Source of the DNA: Epithemia pelagica
Lineage: Eukaryota > Protista > Bacillariophyta
Assembly: GCA_946965045.2 (NCBI GenBank)
Contig: OX337234.1
Span: forward strand, 3,410,001-3,474,000
Direction: 5' to 3'
Length of the DNA stretch: 64,000 nucleotides
Each line of letters starts with the position of its first letter. Positions within the stretch are counted from its first letter, which is position 1. Shown here in pieces: positions 35,101 through 46,608 of this stretch. Under the pieces are notes generated by a model, which had not been told where the DNA came from, searched no databases, and saw only the letters and a program-made list of their open reading frames with translations. Position numbers and translations under genes: made by a program.

Positions 35101-36213
35101 TGTTGTTGTTGTGGTGGTTGTTGCTAGAGAGGTGCTGATGTTGGATCCTTGGACCGACAAGGGAGGTGCCATGGTCCGTGAGGGAGTCATGATTGCTTTG
35201 TCTGCTTCATGTTCTGGTTGTTGTATGGAAACAGGCGGCTGTGTACGCTGCGAATGAGTACAACCACTGCGATTGCTCGTGCTGTTTTGACTGCTCGTGC
35301 TGCTGGATCGTTTCGCGTCCATTCCTTGCAGGGGAGTGGATAATGTTTTGGTTGCTATACCATTGCTATTCGTGTTGGAGGCTTTTCTCGGTGCCAGTGG
35401 TGGTGCTGCTGCTATTGCAGTGTCTGCTTGTTGTGATTGTGGTTTTTCAATGACAACGACGGGCTCTTCTTGTCGTGTTTGTGGAGAAGAACGGAGAGAC
35501 TCTGCATCCTGTGCCAACTCTTGTGGTTGTCGTTGTAGTTGTAGTTGTGGTTGTAGTTGTTGTTGCTTCTGCGGTGGCACACTTGGGAGAGGAGTAGTGT
35601 GTTTGGTGCCTTGTTGATGAGCCAGTAACATGTTGCGTTGCTTTTTCTTTATAGGATTTTGGTTGAGAGGATCCGTGGACGCTAGTGTTGTTGTTGTGGA
35701 TGTTGTGGTTGTTGTTGCTGGCTTGGTAATCATGGAGGAAAATCCGACCGAGGGCCACCAATCTTCCTCGACAAAACTCATGTCGGTGCTGGTTGTACAA
35801 CTTTCGTCGGTGGAGATTCTGGGAAAGTGGTGGCTGGTTATGGGTACCACTTGTTCGGGAACTAGAAAGGAGGAGGAGGAGGAACCGAGCAGTTCTTTCT
35901 GTTTTGGTGCATTCTTGTCTGCTGTTGCTGGTTCTGGGAGACCACTGCTACTACTACTGCTGCTAGTACTGGTAATGGTCAAGTCACTGGATTCCACGAG
36001 AGCATCCACAATCGTATTGATATGGTTGTCTGTGTCGGTGTCGTTCTTGTCGCTGGTGTTGCTGTTGGCATGGACCGAATCTTGGGTTGCGGACGAATCG
36101 TCCAGCCACATGATGATGATGATGATTGCGAAACCCCAAACGACTACTCCTACTCCTGCCTCGACACAATGATTTTGTACCAAAGCAAATCCGTCCGTCC
36201 CTTCAACAAACAA
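32170..36213 (-). CDS. Large S/T/Q/P-rich disordered protein with a short conserved-looking C-terminal domain
   Basis: 1347-aa ORF; C-terminal LLLAYQWY..HDRPTKSKMLQLV...VTQGDIDLLPW; internal 171-nt-period repeat at 33170 and 33341. Start probably near 36121. Confidence 0.7.
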   Translation of the reverse strand: MFVEGTDGFALVQNHCVEAGVGVVVWGFAIIIIIMWLDDSSATQDSVHANSNTSDKNDTDTDNHINTIVDALVESSDLTITSTSSSSSSSGLPEPATADKNAPKQKELLGSSSSSFLVPEQVVPITSHHFPRISTDESCTTSTDMSFVEEDWWPSVGFSSMITKPATTTTTSTTTTLASTDPLNQNPIKKKQRNMLLAHQQGTKHTTPLPSVPPQKQQQLQPQLQLQRQPQELAQDAESLRSSPQTRQEEPVVVIEKPQSQQADTAIAAAPPLAPRKASNTNSNGIATKTLSTPLQGMDAKRSSSTSSQNSTSNRSGCTHSQRTQPPVSIQQPEHEADKAIMTPSRTMAPPLSVQGSNISTSLATTTTTTTTTSSSSNFMNGMDSKRSSSMSSQNSSTSNRSTSGGKNVTRRTTSMSSASSHRTSHSSCNNSTSSNHTNGMPINRTNATTTTTTTTTLGRREDNALQTTQPLLSVVVPTPIIQSPVELLALQTSISTDPDAMMVPPATIRSPSPSKNNNHKNARGESSRRTKAATTSSTTPTSHTNSTTPPTMVPSPPPPPTPPTTKTVTTTPPTTTGTTPATPTTVTPEMFDMARLQLLAAAMMLVSQDQSAPLSSSSPTTTTTRTTRTTRSASPVPGTPVAASSIRASRETTASTSSSTHRRTLDRGAVSRSPSRTKPSIGTIQPTTSSMASSSSSSSVSKGTSTNTPGQGRHCRRRSKSPSPKQALSVAMIEPTSNTTTTAKTRRSSASVGPGSTPTTATTKTNTSTMTGRSRPRSPSPKGSRRRSSSSIRNSIINYNNNVAPMTASTRPRSPTRQPSSLGNTRSGESPLKYRASSRTRSTQTTSTVPSKHQSATTVRDDSPSGRGISPPYNQKQQKQQQQELQDLSSSSMDRKLMTTTTKSNKTRKPAFVRSHSEAQLGRVPSSSARASSPTNRPIQRGLVRSRTVKHLGNTPMLEDAEEALQQPQQQLRQQQTIRSEHQEPFSSSCPMSRPIQRGLVRSRTVKHLGNTPIFEDKEMVLQPPPPQHQQPSATTGTRSSPQRKRLQRGITRSQTLKNLGTPSSPEEAHEPLKTSRLDQSPSLTAARAASPKPKRKLARSQTVKNLSSVGNEEDSTFFVSPAVATRSNSPRKSCLKRSESESRLGNRGGTTKAQYLSQLPPSPFTTTVPTTHQGNRTQSNPRRTGYKKTMGMLQDFTDESDSDCFILLDQRPLGKDSLSSSASISESERRVLQQERRQKRQEHMDRIEENIRVKQNRLVHNKEEDKERFLMGKSQRLLLAYQWYLGHDRPTKSKMLQLVKTSQTLAAPRGIYVTQGDIDLLPWVYQGGLLKVDEPALMDVIKGEL

Positions 36214-37920
36214 ACAAACGAACGAACCAACTCAATGTTGTTGTTGTTGTTGTTTCTCGTGTCTGGAATCACGTCTCTAGTGTCCTGCGAATTGAATAAG
36301 GCGCACAACTAAGGCCGTACAGAACTCTAATAGTAGGTAGTTCTTTTGTTGTTTGACTTTGTCCACTCGGTTTTTGGAAATGGCAGGAACGAAACAAGAG
36401 AGAGAGAGAGATTGCCAATTCCCATAAAACATGCACCTCTCTGCTGGGATGGTACATGGTCTTGTGGGCCAGTGAGATGACTTGCTTGTTTCACTGGTCG
36501 TCTTCGGCTTCCGAATCCTCCCATGGTACAATAAATCTCGGGCGCAGACGGATCTTCCAGGGACCGTTGCCGGGGGCATTGGGTTGGAGGAAGTCTCTCC
36601 GTAGTCCGTAGTTCCCGCTAGATAATCAAAAATACCGGGTAATCCTTGTTTTGCAGGATTTCAGTGGGAACCCGGATAATTGCGACACCATTTTTGAAAA
36701 ATTCATCTCTTTCCTCTATAGTGATACACCTTACCCCCAAAACAGTCGGTGACACCCATACTACCTTCACCCCGCCACGTTTTTCTCCTATATTCCCCTT
36801 CTATTTATTTAGATGCAAACGGCGCCGTTATTTTATTTTTTTTCGTCAACCTTACACTGTGGAATTGTATTTAAGACTGTTTCCATTGTGGGCACGGATA
36901 TTTCAGAGGGGTCCCAATTTGAGTTCGTTACATAGATCAACTCGTCTTTGAATGCTCTTTCGATTGGTTCAATATATGCCTCGCCAAATTAAGATATACA
37001 CTTTGAAATATTGGACTAAAGTATGGCCGGCAAAATTTTAGTATTCAAAACCCTAATGTGAGATGTGCTAAAAGGTACGTAAAAACGGTACTGCAGTCGC
37101 GCACGTGAATGACAATAGGGGTATATCGCGCGCATACCGCGCAAAACTTTCAAGCTTGATTTCTCGAAAAGTGGATTTTTCAAATATCCCTGGTGACGAT
37201 GGAATCAGTCTTATTTTAATCTCTTCAATGTCGTTACGCTAGCAATGTGGCAAGCGTTCTTCCCCCTGCCGCAATTTCCCGGGGGGTCTGGTTACACCAC
37301 AGTAAAACGCTTGTTTGGGGGCAATCAAAATTTGGACTTTCTATGGTTTCACCCCGTCCTAATACTACTACGAGAAACAAGACTATACCCAACCAAATGC
37401 ATAGGTCTCCGCGCGCGCCGCGCTCTTCCTAGTTCTTGCGCCCCCCATTGTCGATCACTTTAACTCCCAGTCGGAAACCAGACATTCTGGGACCGGTAGG
37501 GTATCAGATTTTGGTTCACGAACTTCCGAGTCACCAACACCTGTTCAATATCGATAAAGTAATATATAATAGAGTAAAACAGTGAGGATCGCGCGCCATC
37601 CGAGCAACGACCATCCGAAACATGTTCATTTTTTTACGGACACCATCTCGGGACCCTCCTGAATGATTCTCTTATCTCACCCAGACCAATGCGGTCGATC
37701 AATTCGTCACAACGCAACACCACAAATAAGCAATCACACCACACACTTCCCCGCTTGCTCTTTTTCGATCAAGCGTGTATGCCGAATGCCGATGCAGGAA
37801 TCCTTCTCGTGCTCCGCGCGTCATGGGGGTTCTCTCCCCCCACATCAGCACACACACACACACAGACAAGAGTATACCTCGTTTCCTCTTCCTACCCAGT
37901 GACCTAATTAAAAGGAAGGT

Positions 37921-38200
37921 GACACGCACTCTTCTCTCATCTTCACAAGAAATCTTGCCTTGTCTAAGAGGATCGTGATTGAAAAAACACCCAGAAATCG
38001 TCACTCTTCTCTTTGATCCACAAAAACCTATTACATATTATATATTGGAACCACCCAGCAGAAATACGGATCGTACGTCTTGGTATCCACAAGAACCGAC
38101 ACCCAGTAGAAATCGTCACTCGTTTCTCTCCTCTCCACACCAGAAAACCTTGCCGGGTCGGAGAGGATCGTGATTGCACCACAACACCTCGAATTTGGCA
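37921..38200. repeat. Degenerate local direct repeats
   Basis: AGAGGATCGTGATTG at 37967 and 38162; AGAAATCGTCACTC at 37993 and 38108. Confidence 0.5.
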
Positions 38201-38635
38201 TACTCCACACTCCACACCCTCGTACGGGAGCGTTTGCCCCATCCACAGACAGTTGAAATCTCGTGTCCTTTTCTCATGGATAAATCTTTTTGGACCAGTA
38301 GTGTGTACCGACGACTGGAACCATTGTCGTCTTTGGCTAGGAAGGCTGGAATCATCCAAGGACCATGGCAGTACATGAGACTCACGCCATGTTCCAATCC
38401 AGACTACATACATCATGATCCACAACCTTGTCAAGTCTCGTGACATACTCTCTCCCTCCCCCTTTTTTGCTGCCGGAAAAGATCCCTAGGTAGTCTATTG
38501 TGTGTTACCTATCCTGATTGTAGGTGAAAACTATTTCGTTCATGTATATACAGTATGAGCATTCTTTCTTCTCCATCATTCGCATGGCACTGTGCTCGCA
38601 GGTCCAAGTCCATTTGCTCCTCCTCTTTTCCCTCC

Positions 38636-41600
38636 TCATTGATCCTTTTTCATTGCTTGTTCGAATCGTTTTTGTTGCGTTTCCATGGCCTTGTCATACA
38701 AGGTCTTGGCCATGGAGGGACCAGTATCTTGTACCATGCGAGCAAAGACTCCACCATCTTCCTTACTGCCGTCGTCGTCTTTGGCCAATAATTCTGCCGG
38801 TGATCCAAATTCGAGAACTTCGCCATGTCCCAAGACGAGAATGTAATCGTAATCAATGACTGTATCCAATCGATGCGCCACGGCCAAAATGGTACCATCT
38901 TGGTAGGATTCTTGCAAGGCTTGTTGGAGCAACTGATCGGTCCGACGATCGACCGATGCTGTGGCTTCGTCCAAGACGAGAATTTTGTTTTGCGACAACA
39001 AGGCTCGCGCCAAACACAACAATTGACGTTGTCCGACCGAAAAGTTGGATCCGCCTTCGGAAACGAGGGCATTCCAACCACCGGGCAAGTCGGCAATCAC
39101 GTCTTGCATGTGACAGGACGTCAAGACACGTTTAATCTCCTCGTCACTGTGCAACTCAAACAAATCCAAATTCTCCCGCACCGTACATCCACTAAACAAG
39201 GTGGGGACCTGGGGAATGACGGAAATGTTGGTGCGTACCTTGTGCAAGCCCAACTTGGCAATGTCTTCGCCGTCAATGAGAATCCGGCCTTGTTCGGCCT
39301 CCAAGAGACGAAAAATGGTTTGCACTACAGTACTCTTGCCACTTCCTGTAAACAGGTTACAATGCACCACACAAGTTTAGCAATCCATTATGGCACCAAT
39401 TGTCCAGAAAGACTCTTTGTCATGGACTTACCGGTCCGTCCCACTACTCCAACTCGCGCACCAGCGGGTATTTGGAAGCTAATTTGTCGCAATGCCAGTG
39501 GCAATGTGGATCGATACCGTACGGAAACGCCCTCATATTCAATCTTGCCAGCCATGGGCCATCCCTTGTGGGTCACGGCATCGTCTTCGCTCGGGCAACT
39601 CAGGGGAGCTTCGGATTCCAACTGTCCAAATTCCAAGACACGCTCAACACTCACCATTTGGTTCACCACTTCGGCCGATTGACGAATCCCCCATTGAAAC
39701 AAATTGGACAGCATTATAAGCATGGACAGGGACAATCCCAAAATGGCCGGATCCACACTAAACCATCCTTCGTTCTGGACTACAACGGCCAAGAAGCAAA
39801 CCACAGTCAGGAACATGGTGACAATCGAATCCATTCGGAACCCAATCCATCGCGAGGCGGCGATAAAGCCAAAAAAGATTCTTGTATGGGAGTCCTGTGC
39901 TTGCTCAAATTTTCGTTTGAAATACGGAATGTACCCATTGGCCCGAATCGTGGCAATGCCGCCCAATGCCTCGCTCAACATGGCAAAGATGGGCGACCGC
40001 GCCATTCCCTCCAGGCGTTTCAGTTCCCGAGTGCTGGTGACAAAAATGGTTCGAATCTTGAGAAAGTACCAGATCAAGAATGGCAAGGCTGCCAGAGCAA
40101 AGGGTAGCGTCGTCAAGGTTGTCACAACGGCTCCCAATACTATAAAGAAAATCACCAACACTTCAAAGAGTGTCTGTGGCAGTTGATCGTCGGCAATCCC
40201 CACATCGGCACTGAAACGGTTCAAGATGCGACCCAACGGGTTGGTATCAAAGAATTCAATCTTGGCTCGCAACACGGCATCGGCCATGCGATCGTGGAGT
40301 ATCTGTGAGGCCTTGACAGCCAGTTCCAGTGTCAGATAGGCCCGAACAGTCGCCAACACAATCACCAAGCCTGACATGGCCACGACAGTAGCAACAATGT
40401 CCACATCTCGTTGATCCTCTCCGTCTCGTTCGGCCCATCGACCCATGGCTGCCACAGTCACCAGCACAGATCCTTGCGTACAAACAAACAACAAAAAGAG
40501 GAAAAAGGCCACCCAATATCCACCCATGGCCTTCATGTACGCCAAGTACGAGTCGAGATGAACCACACCCGTCACGTTCTGTTCATCTTGTTCCTTTTGA
40601 AAGTCCTCGTCTTTTCCTTCTTCTTTTGCGTCCGTGTCGCTTGTCTGCGCTTTCCTCGTGTTACTGTCAGAACCGTTTCCTTGTTGACTATTTTCTTCGT
40701 CCGAGGAGGACATGGTTTCACCCTTCTCCAGTACTCTTTGATTGGAGTCATCGTCTGCTGTGTTTGAGGTGATTGTAGACGTGGTCAGTGCCTTTGAGTT
40801 GTCTGGAGTATGGGGATGATCGGCTTCATGTGCCGTGAGTTTGCCCTTGGAAGCCTCCACGCATTCTTGGTAGGTTCCAATACAGGCAATCCGGCCTCCA
40901 TTGGCGACCAAGACACATCGCGTATGATGAATGTATTGATGTTGATGCGTGGCTAAAATGACACAGGATTGTGTTTCTTGGACCGCCAAGGCGAGAATGG
41001 CTTGTTGAAACAAGTGGCGGCCTACTCGGGCATCCACGGCCGACAAGGGATCGTCCAAGACCAACACGTCCGATTCTTGGTACAAGGCACGCGCCAAGCC
41101 AACCCGAGCCCGTTGACCACCACTCAATTGTACACCTCGGTCTCCCACGACCGTCGCATCGCCATCGCGCAACTGACCAAAATCGACATCCAAGGTACAG
41201 GCTTGAATGACTCGTTGATACCACTCGTCGTCGTCGTCATCCTCCTCCGTGGTAGGGTCATTCTGCCCGTTCTCCTCAATACTGGACGAGGGCCTCGGTC
41301 GTTTTTGGTGTCGTCGTCGTCGTCCACCCATGCAAATGTTTTCCCGAATGGTTCCGCCCATGATCCAGGGATCTTGAGCGGCATAGGCCAAGGTTTGATA
41401 ATTTCGGTGAATGGAACCGGCCGTGACGGCCAATTCATTGACACAGGCTTGCAGCAAGGCACTTTTGCCACTTCCCACGGCTCCAATCACGGCCGTCAAG
41501 GAACCACGATCAAAGTCGACCGAAACTTGATCCAAGGCCAACAAGGCCGTTGTCGATGCCGACATGCTTTCGGAACGTTTCACCAGTGATTTACTGCTCG

Positions 41601-43245
41601 TAGACTTTGATTGCTCTTGTTCTGGTTGTGGTTGTCGTTGTCGTCGAACATGTCGAACCTTGCTCCAGTCACACGACACATTTTGCAAGCTGAGGGCCGG
41701 AACCTCTGAATTATTATTTCTAGTTTCCTTTTGGTCGTTCGTGTTGTGTTCCTCGCTGTCGTCCTTGTGGTTGTTGTTGTCGTTCTGCTGGTTGTGGGGC
41801 GATGGTGCTACAAGGAAGGATTGGTTGTAGTGTTCGGGGACTTGCAAAAATTCTTGCATGCGTCCGACCGACACGTAACATTCGGACGAGGCCATGGTCC
41901 CCAACGACACGTGTTTGACCAACTCGACTTGCATGACATTGACGAGGGTGAAGACGGTAAAGACATGACCGGCCGTCAAGGGATTGTTGTCGTCATTGTA
42001 GTCATTTTCCACGTAGACGTGGACCAAAAAAATCACGAGACTGACACAAATGTTGGTGACAAAAAACAAGGCTTCATTGGCCGCCTTGAGTCGCAAGGCG
42101 GCTTGCAATTGTTGGACTTCGAGACGTCGGAGGGTTTGAATGCGCTGGGCAAAGCGTGGTTCGTAGCCCGACACCTTGACGACCCGCGCTCCGCGCACGG
42201 CTTGGGCGACAAAACTCACCCGTTCGTCCGTATAAGCGGCAATGGTGGAGCGGTAATGGGCAAAGCGACGCGACAAGAAGAGTTGGAGGGGAACCAAACA
42301 TCCCACCAAGACGGCCACACCAGATCCAAAGGCCAGTGGTCCAATCAAGAAACTCCCGGCAATCCAAATGCCAATGCATTGGAGGGGGGCCCACCAAAGA
42401 AAACTAATAAAGAGACAGGTCAAAAAGAAGCGTTCGACATCGTTGCTGGCCAAATTCAAGACGCGGCCATTGGTATTGTTGGTCGTATCGGCCTGCGTAC
42501 TGCTCAGCCGTAGGGACTTGTCGTAAATGGCGGCAATACAGGCAATGCGGAATTGCATGGCCTTGCGCCACAAGACAAAAAAGACGTGATGATGTTCGAG
42601 GAGGGTCACGAGTGCACAGGCGACAATGCCGGCGGCCCAAGCATAATTGGTGGCCTTGTTGCCATCATTTTCAAAGGATTCAATCAATTGACCCAAACAA
42701 ATGGCTTGAACAATCTTGGCCACCATGGCAGCCATGAGCATGGGTTGAACAAACCAGGTGGATTGAATCAAGTCTCGGAACAAGACATGTCGTAAATCGC
42801 CTGGTCCTCGCGTGTCCGTGGTTGTTGACTTGTCGTTGTTATCATTAGCAAAGTGATACCACAAGGATTGCAAGTGTTGGAAATTGGCGTGGGAGGAATC
42901 CACCTCAGCCACCTCGGCCAAATCATTCAAGGTCAAGGGTCGTTCCAATCCCAATTTCAAGAGCGGCCAGGGCCACCAAAAGAATAATTTTGAGACAAAC
43001 GAGGCATTATTGTAAGGATGGGGAGGTGGTGGTTGCGTCGTGTTGTCGTTGTTGTCGTCGTCCTCCTTTGTTTTGTGGTTGGTCGTGGACGTGGTGACAT
43101 GGAGAGGCGTGTGGGGGGAATCCGTCTTGTTCTTTTCAAGTGGAATGGCAGATGACAGTGGTTCATCGAGCAAGGATTCATCGGGTCGACTGGATGTCGT
43201 TCGAGTCGAATCCTGGTTGATGGGAGTGGTGGAGGGATGTGTCAT
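38636..43245 (-). CDS. ABC transporter subfamily C (MRP-type), TMD-NBD-TMD-NBD, 2 exons (43245-39432, 39345-38636)
   Basis: NBD1 GAVGSGKS, LSGGQ, VLVLDD; NBD2 GRTG/SGKS across an 86-bp intron (gtaagt 39431..tacag 39346), FSVGQ, ILVLDE; NPLGRILNRFS; MARSPIF. Confidence 0.93.
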
Positions 43246-45131
43246 TGTGTCCAGTCTCGTTTCGTGTTAGGCAACAAGAACGAATGAAGGAATGAATGAA
43301 GGAATATACGTCCGCCAAACTCACGTCAAGATGATGCAGATTCTTGTCCTTTTCAGCAGCTTGCGCTGGTTCCTTGTTTGTACTTGTGTGCTAATTGTGT
43401 GCTTCAATTCAGATACAAGTACGGTTCATCCATTCACAAAGCCTCTAGTCAGAAATCTGCACAGGCATTTGGGTGTGCGACGCTCCAGGACGAACTACGA
43501 ATTCGTCGGTTAAGTGTGTAGTTCTTGGTTCCACTGTATGAAGTTGTGAGCGAGAGAGAACAGAGAGCGAGTGCTTTGGATCTCTTCTACTTCGAAGCAA
43601 TCACAGGACGACTGGTGTAGGATGAGAATACTCAATCACCTCTTCTTGAGAGTGAAGAATGAGGCATGATGCGGTAAGTCTGGTTTTGATTTGGTTCATG
43701 AGTCGACACATCACCACACCAGAGAGGTTCTTCGATGTGTTGTCCCAAAAAAGCTCACGCAACCTCAGAAGTACGTGGCACAGATAAGCGCGACTGCATC
43801 AATGAAAGTCGCTTTTAGGTCGTGCTTAACGGATGGTCTGTCTGTCTGTCTGCTCGGGGTTCGGGGTTGCGTTTGCATGGACCTTTTGCTGTTCTTCTTC
43901 TGCCGGCACATGGGGTAGATACGACATAATAGGACATTGTAGTTACTATGCTTCGAGGATCTCGCCTTTCTCTAGAACAGGAGACGCGAAAGGTTCTCAA
44001 AGTCAAAAGTACCGACAATAGACAATAGACAATAGACGATAGTCGATGGCATGACGAATGACGAATCAAGAGGGGTCTCATTACTCGTATTGTAGTCATG
44101 AGGTATTGGTCTGGAGGAATATTAGATGATAGTGACACCCCGAACCACGCAGGCCCACCAATATTGTATGCCTTTTCTGTCAGCCAGATCCCGCAATTCC
44201 ATTAAATACGTCCTTGTCGTGCAAGAAGAGTAATTAGTTCCTGAGATTCTGAAAAATTAAAATTAAAACCATCTTCGAGAGAACAAGATTCCCCAGCAAT
44301 GAAACTCCCTTTGAATTTTTTGTGTTGGTAACGCGCTAAAAAATAAATGGACTAAATGCGATGTTTTTCTATCTTGATACCGCCGCGACTTCTGTTGGTT
44401 TCATATTCGGACCAAAGATGAGGATGTTTACAATTTATAGAAAAGGTCACCGACATAGAGTATTGGTTTCTCCACGAAGTTGTCAAACTCCTCGAAATCG
44501 AAATTTTTCGGAGAAAAAATCATGACAAAAAAGCCCCAGGAGCAGTTGGCATTCGAGTTGAAAACCCTCGAACGAGAACTTGCTCGCGCTGCAAGAGCGT
44601 GTACAAGAATTGTCCGGTGACGGCGAGAGCAAAGAAGGGGATGGTGAAAGTAGGACTTCCGTTAACGCATACTCGTCGAAAGAAGCCTGTAAGCATCGGA
44701 GCTCTACCGATCGGTTCGGCAGTGTAACATGCCACGATGAAACATCAGCCGCCATACTGTCGGACTCAAGTTCTAAATCGAGCGATGATCGACGCAACGA
44801 CGCTATTCCGAAATTCAAATCCTCTATAACATCAAAGGGTAGTAGTATTCGGCTTTATAGTATTAGATAGAATAAGAATGGCTCATCAGCTTCGTCGTCG
44901 AACTCGTCCCGTATAGCAAGGTGCCTCCTTGCACTTCTATTTCAGTAGCACCACCACAAACCGAAGTGGAAGCAATATCGGATTCTAATCCGCTGCTTCC
45001 GGTCTTCCTTGTCGACTTCCCCTTTCTTTGTCAGATTCAAGCTGAGTGAGGGCAAGGTTTCTCCTCTCGATTCTATTTCAGTACCGGTAGCACCATCACA
45101 AACCGAATTTCAGCAATTGCATATCGAAATT

Positions 45132-46103
45132 TTATTTCCGTGCGCGTTTCATTGCGCGTTCACCAGAGTCTTCGTCGTCTTCGTCGTCTTCGTCGTCGTC
45201 TTCGTTGTTGTCTTCGTCGTCGTCTTCGTCGTCGTCTTCCTCGTCAGATTCAAGCCGAGTGAGGTTAAGAGCCTTCGCGTATGCAGCCTCAACGTCAATG
45301 ATGATGGCATTATTGTTGGGTGGCGGCGCGGGGTGGAAGAAATCTACTGCAGTGATCACGATTGGATGGCTTTTTCCATTTCCGACGTTTTCGCTCTTGA
45401 TTGTCTTGTAATTCGGCCATTTCTTCCCTCTGCAGATCAAGCGATACTTGACGAAAGCAGGGGGGAATTGGGGGTAGTCGATGTTAATTTCGACGACGCA
45501 GCGAACGCCCGTGAACTCGTTTCCAGCCGCAAACCAGGCGTCGATCTTATCCTTGAGACTTTCCTTTTTCTGAGAGTACCCAACCTCAACGATAACTGAT
45601 GGGTAGTATCGACCCCTGGAATCGGCAGCATTATCCCGATGTTTACTTGGCACTTTCTTGCGGTACCGAATGCAAGCGTCCGGTTGAATCGTCTTGCCAT
45701 AGGCACTTGGACCAAAGCATGTGTCGGCACCGCTTGCTTCGATGTTATTATACTGTATGGCTTCATTACCGAGCTGTCTACTTACTTCTACGATTACGCA
45801 TTCGTGAATGGCATCGTTGAGCTCGTCAATGAAAAATTTGCGACTTGCACTATGATAGTGCCAACGGAAGGGGAGGGATTCACCGTTTTCTTTCATATAA
45901 CCCTCTACTTCCTTTTCGTCAACGTACTCCAATATGATAGGCATCGTTTTGGGTTTCTCATCTCTCAATGACCAGAGTCGTTCGAGTCGTTCGAGTCGTT
46001 CGGGAAACGTCAGGCGAGCAGAAGTCGATCTAGTTCGAACTCCTTTCTTGACTACGGCACGAACTGGAAGCGCATAGTCATCAGAACCAATCACCGTCGC
46101 CAT
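45132..46103 (-). CDS. PD-(D/E)XK restriction-endonuclease-fold protein (Uma2/DUF820-like) with acidic tail
   Basis: IQPDACIRY...YYPSVIVEVGYSQKKESLKDKIDAWF...VVEINID fits the PD..EVxxS pattern of Uma2-like nucleases. Confidence 0.7.
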   Translation of the reverse strand: MATVIGSDDYALPVRAVVKKGVRTRSTSARLTFPERLERLERLWSLRDEKPKTMPIILEYVDEKEVEGYMKENGESLPFRWHYHSASRKFFIDELNDAIHECVIVEVSRQLGNEAIQYNNIEASGADTCFGPSAYGKTIQPDACIRYRKKVPSKHRDNAADSRGRYYPSVIVEVGYSQKKESLKDKIDAWFAAGNEFTGVRCVVEINIDYPQFPPAFVKYRLICRGKKWPNYKTIKSENVGNGKSHPIVITAVDFFHPAPPPNNNAIIIDVEAAYAKALNLTRLESDEEDDDEDDDEDNNEDDDEDDEDDEDSGERAMKRARK

Positions 46104-46358
46104 TATGTCAAGTCAAGTAGTAAAGATTGTGAAAGCCGCGAAGAGACGAACTGCGAAACAATTGTTCAAAACAATTGTTCAAACACCTCCTTGGTTGAAA
46201 ATGCGCTGTTGCTGTTGCTACTGTGCGGTGCAACAAAAAATGACCAGGAAACGATGCAGAGAAGCGCGCTGAACTACGCTGAAATTTTGTGCTATCGCTT
46301 ACAGAGCGATTCCGGAGGACTGCAGAAGCTGAGAAGCTTCTCAGAACTAATCTAGTAC

Positions 46359-46603
46359 GTTTCTGTCGTGCTTTGGTCGCGGCGTGGCAGTGGATTGCAG
46401 ACAGATGCGAAGAACAATGTGATGCGACTACAACCTGCTCCCGCGGTTGAGCGACTCCCAATGTCTCTGACGCGTCAGACATTGGATTGTCCCTGCGATC
46501 TGTATGAGAGTCAAGCTCACAACTTGGAGATTTGTGAACTTGCCACTGCCATCCGAGTCGAGAGTGAGAAGGTCACGAGCAACTAGATAGTCTAAGAATC
46601 AAA
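46359..46603 (+). repeat. Split direct repeat A1 (245 bp)
   Basis: Identical by eye to 53856-54100. Confidence 0.95.
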
Positions 46604-46608
46604 CAACC

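Noticed and set aside
32553-36172. Multiple plus-strand ORFs with V/L/C runs
   Set aside because: Antisense to a low-complexity gene built from triplet repeats.
36560-37650. AT-rich non-coding island sharing CGCGCGCCGCGC (37412) with 62702
   Set aside because: Possibly TE-derived, but no TIR or TSD found and the shared 12-mer is low complexity.
38825-42513. Plus-strand ORFs up to 285 aa
   Set aside because: Antisense to the ABCC gene; no domain motifs.
44425-44500. Peptide IEKVTDIEYWFLHEVVKLLEIE resembling the carbamoyl-phosphate synthetase oligomerisation motif
   Set aside because: Short, bounded by stops and frameshifts; no other CPS motifs.
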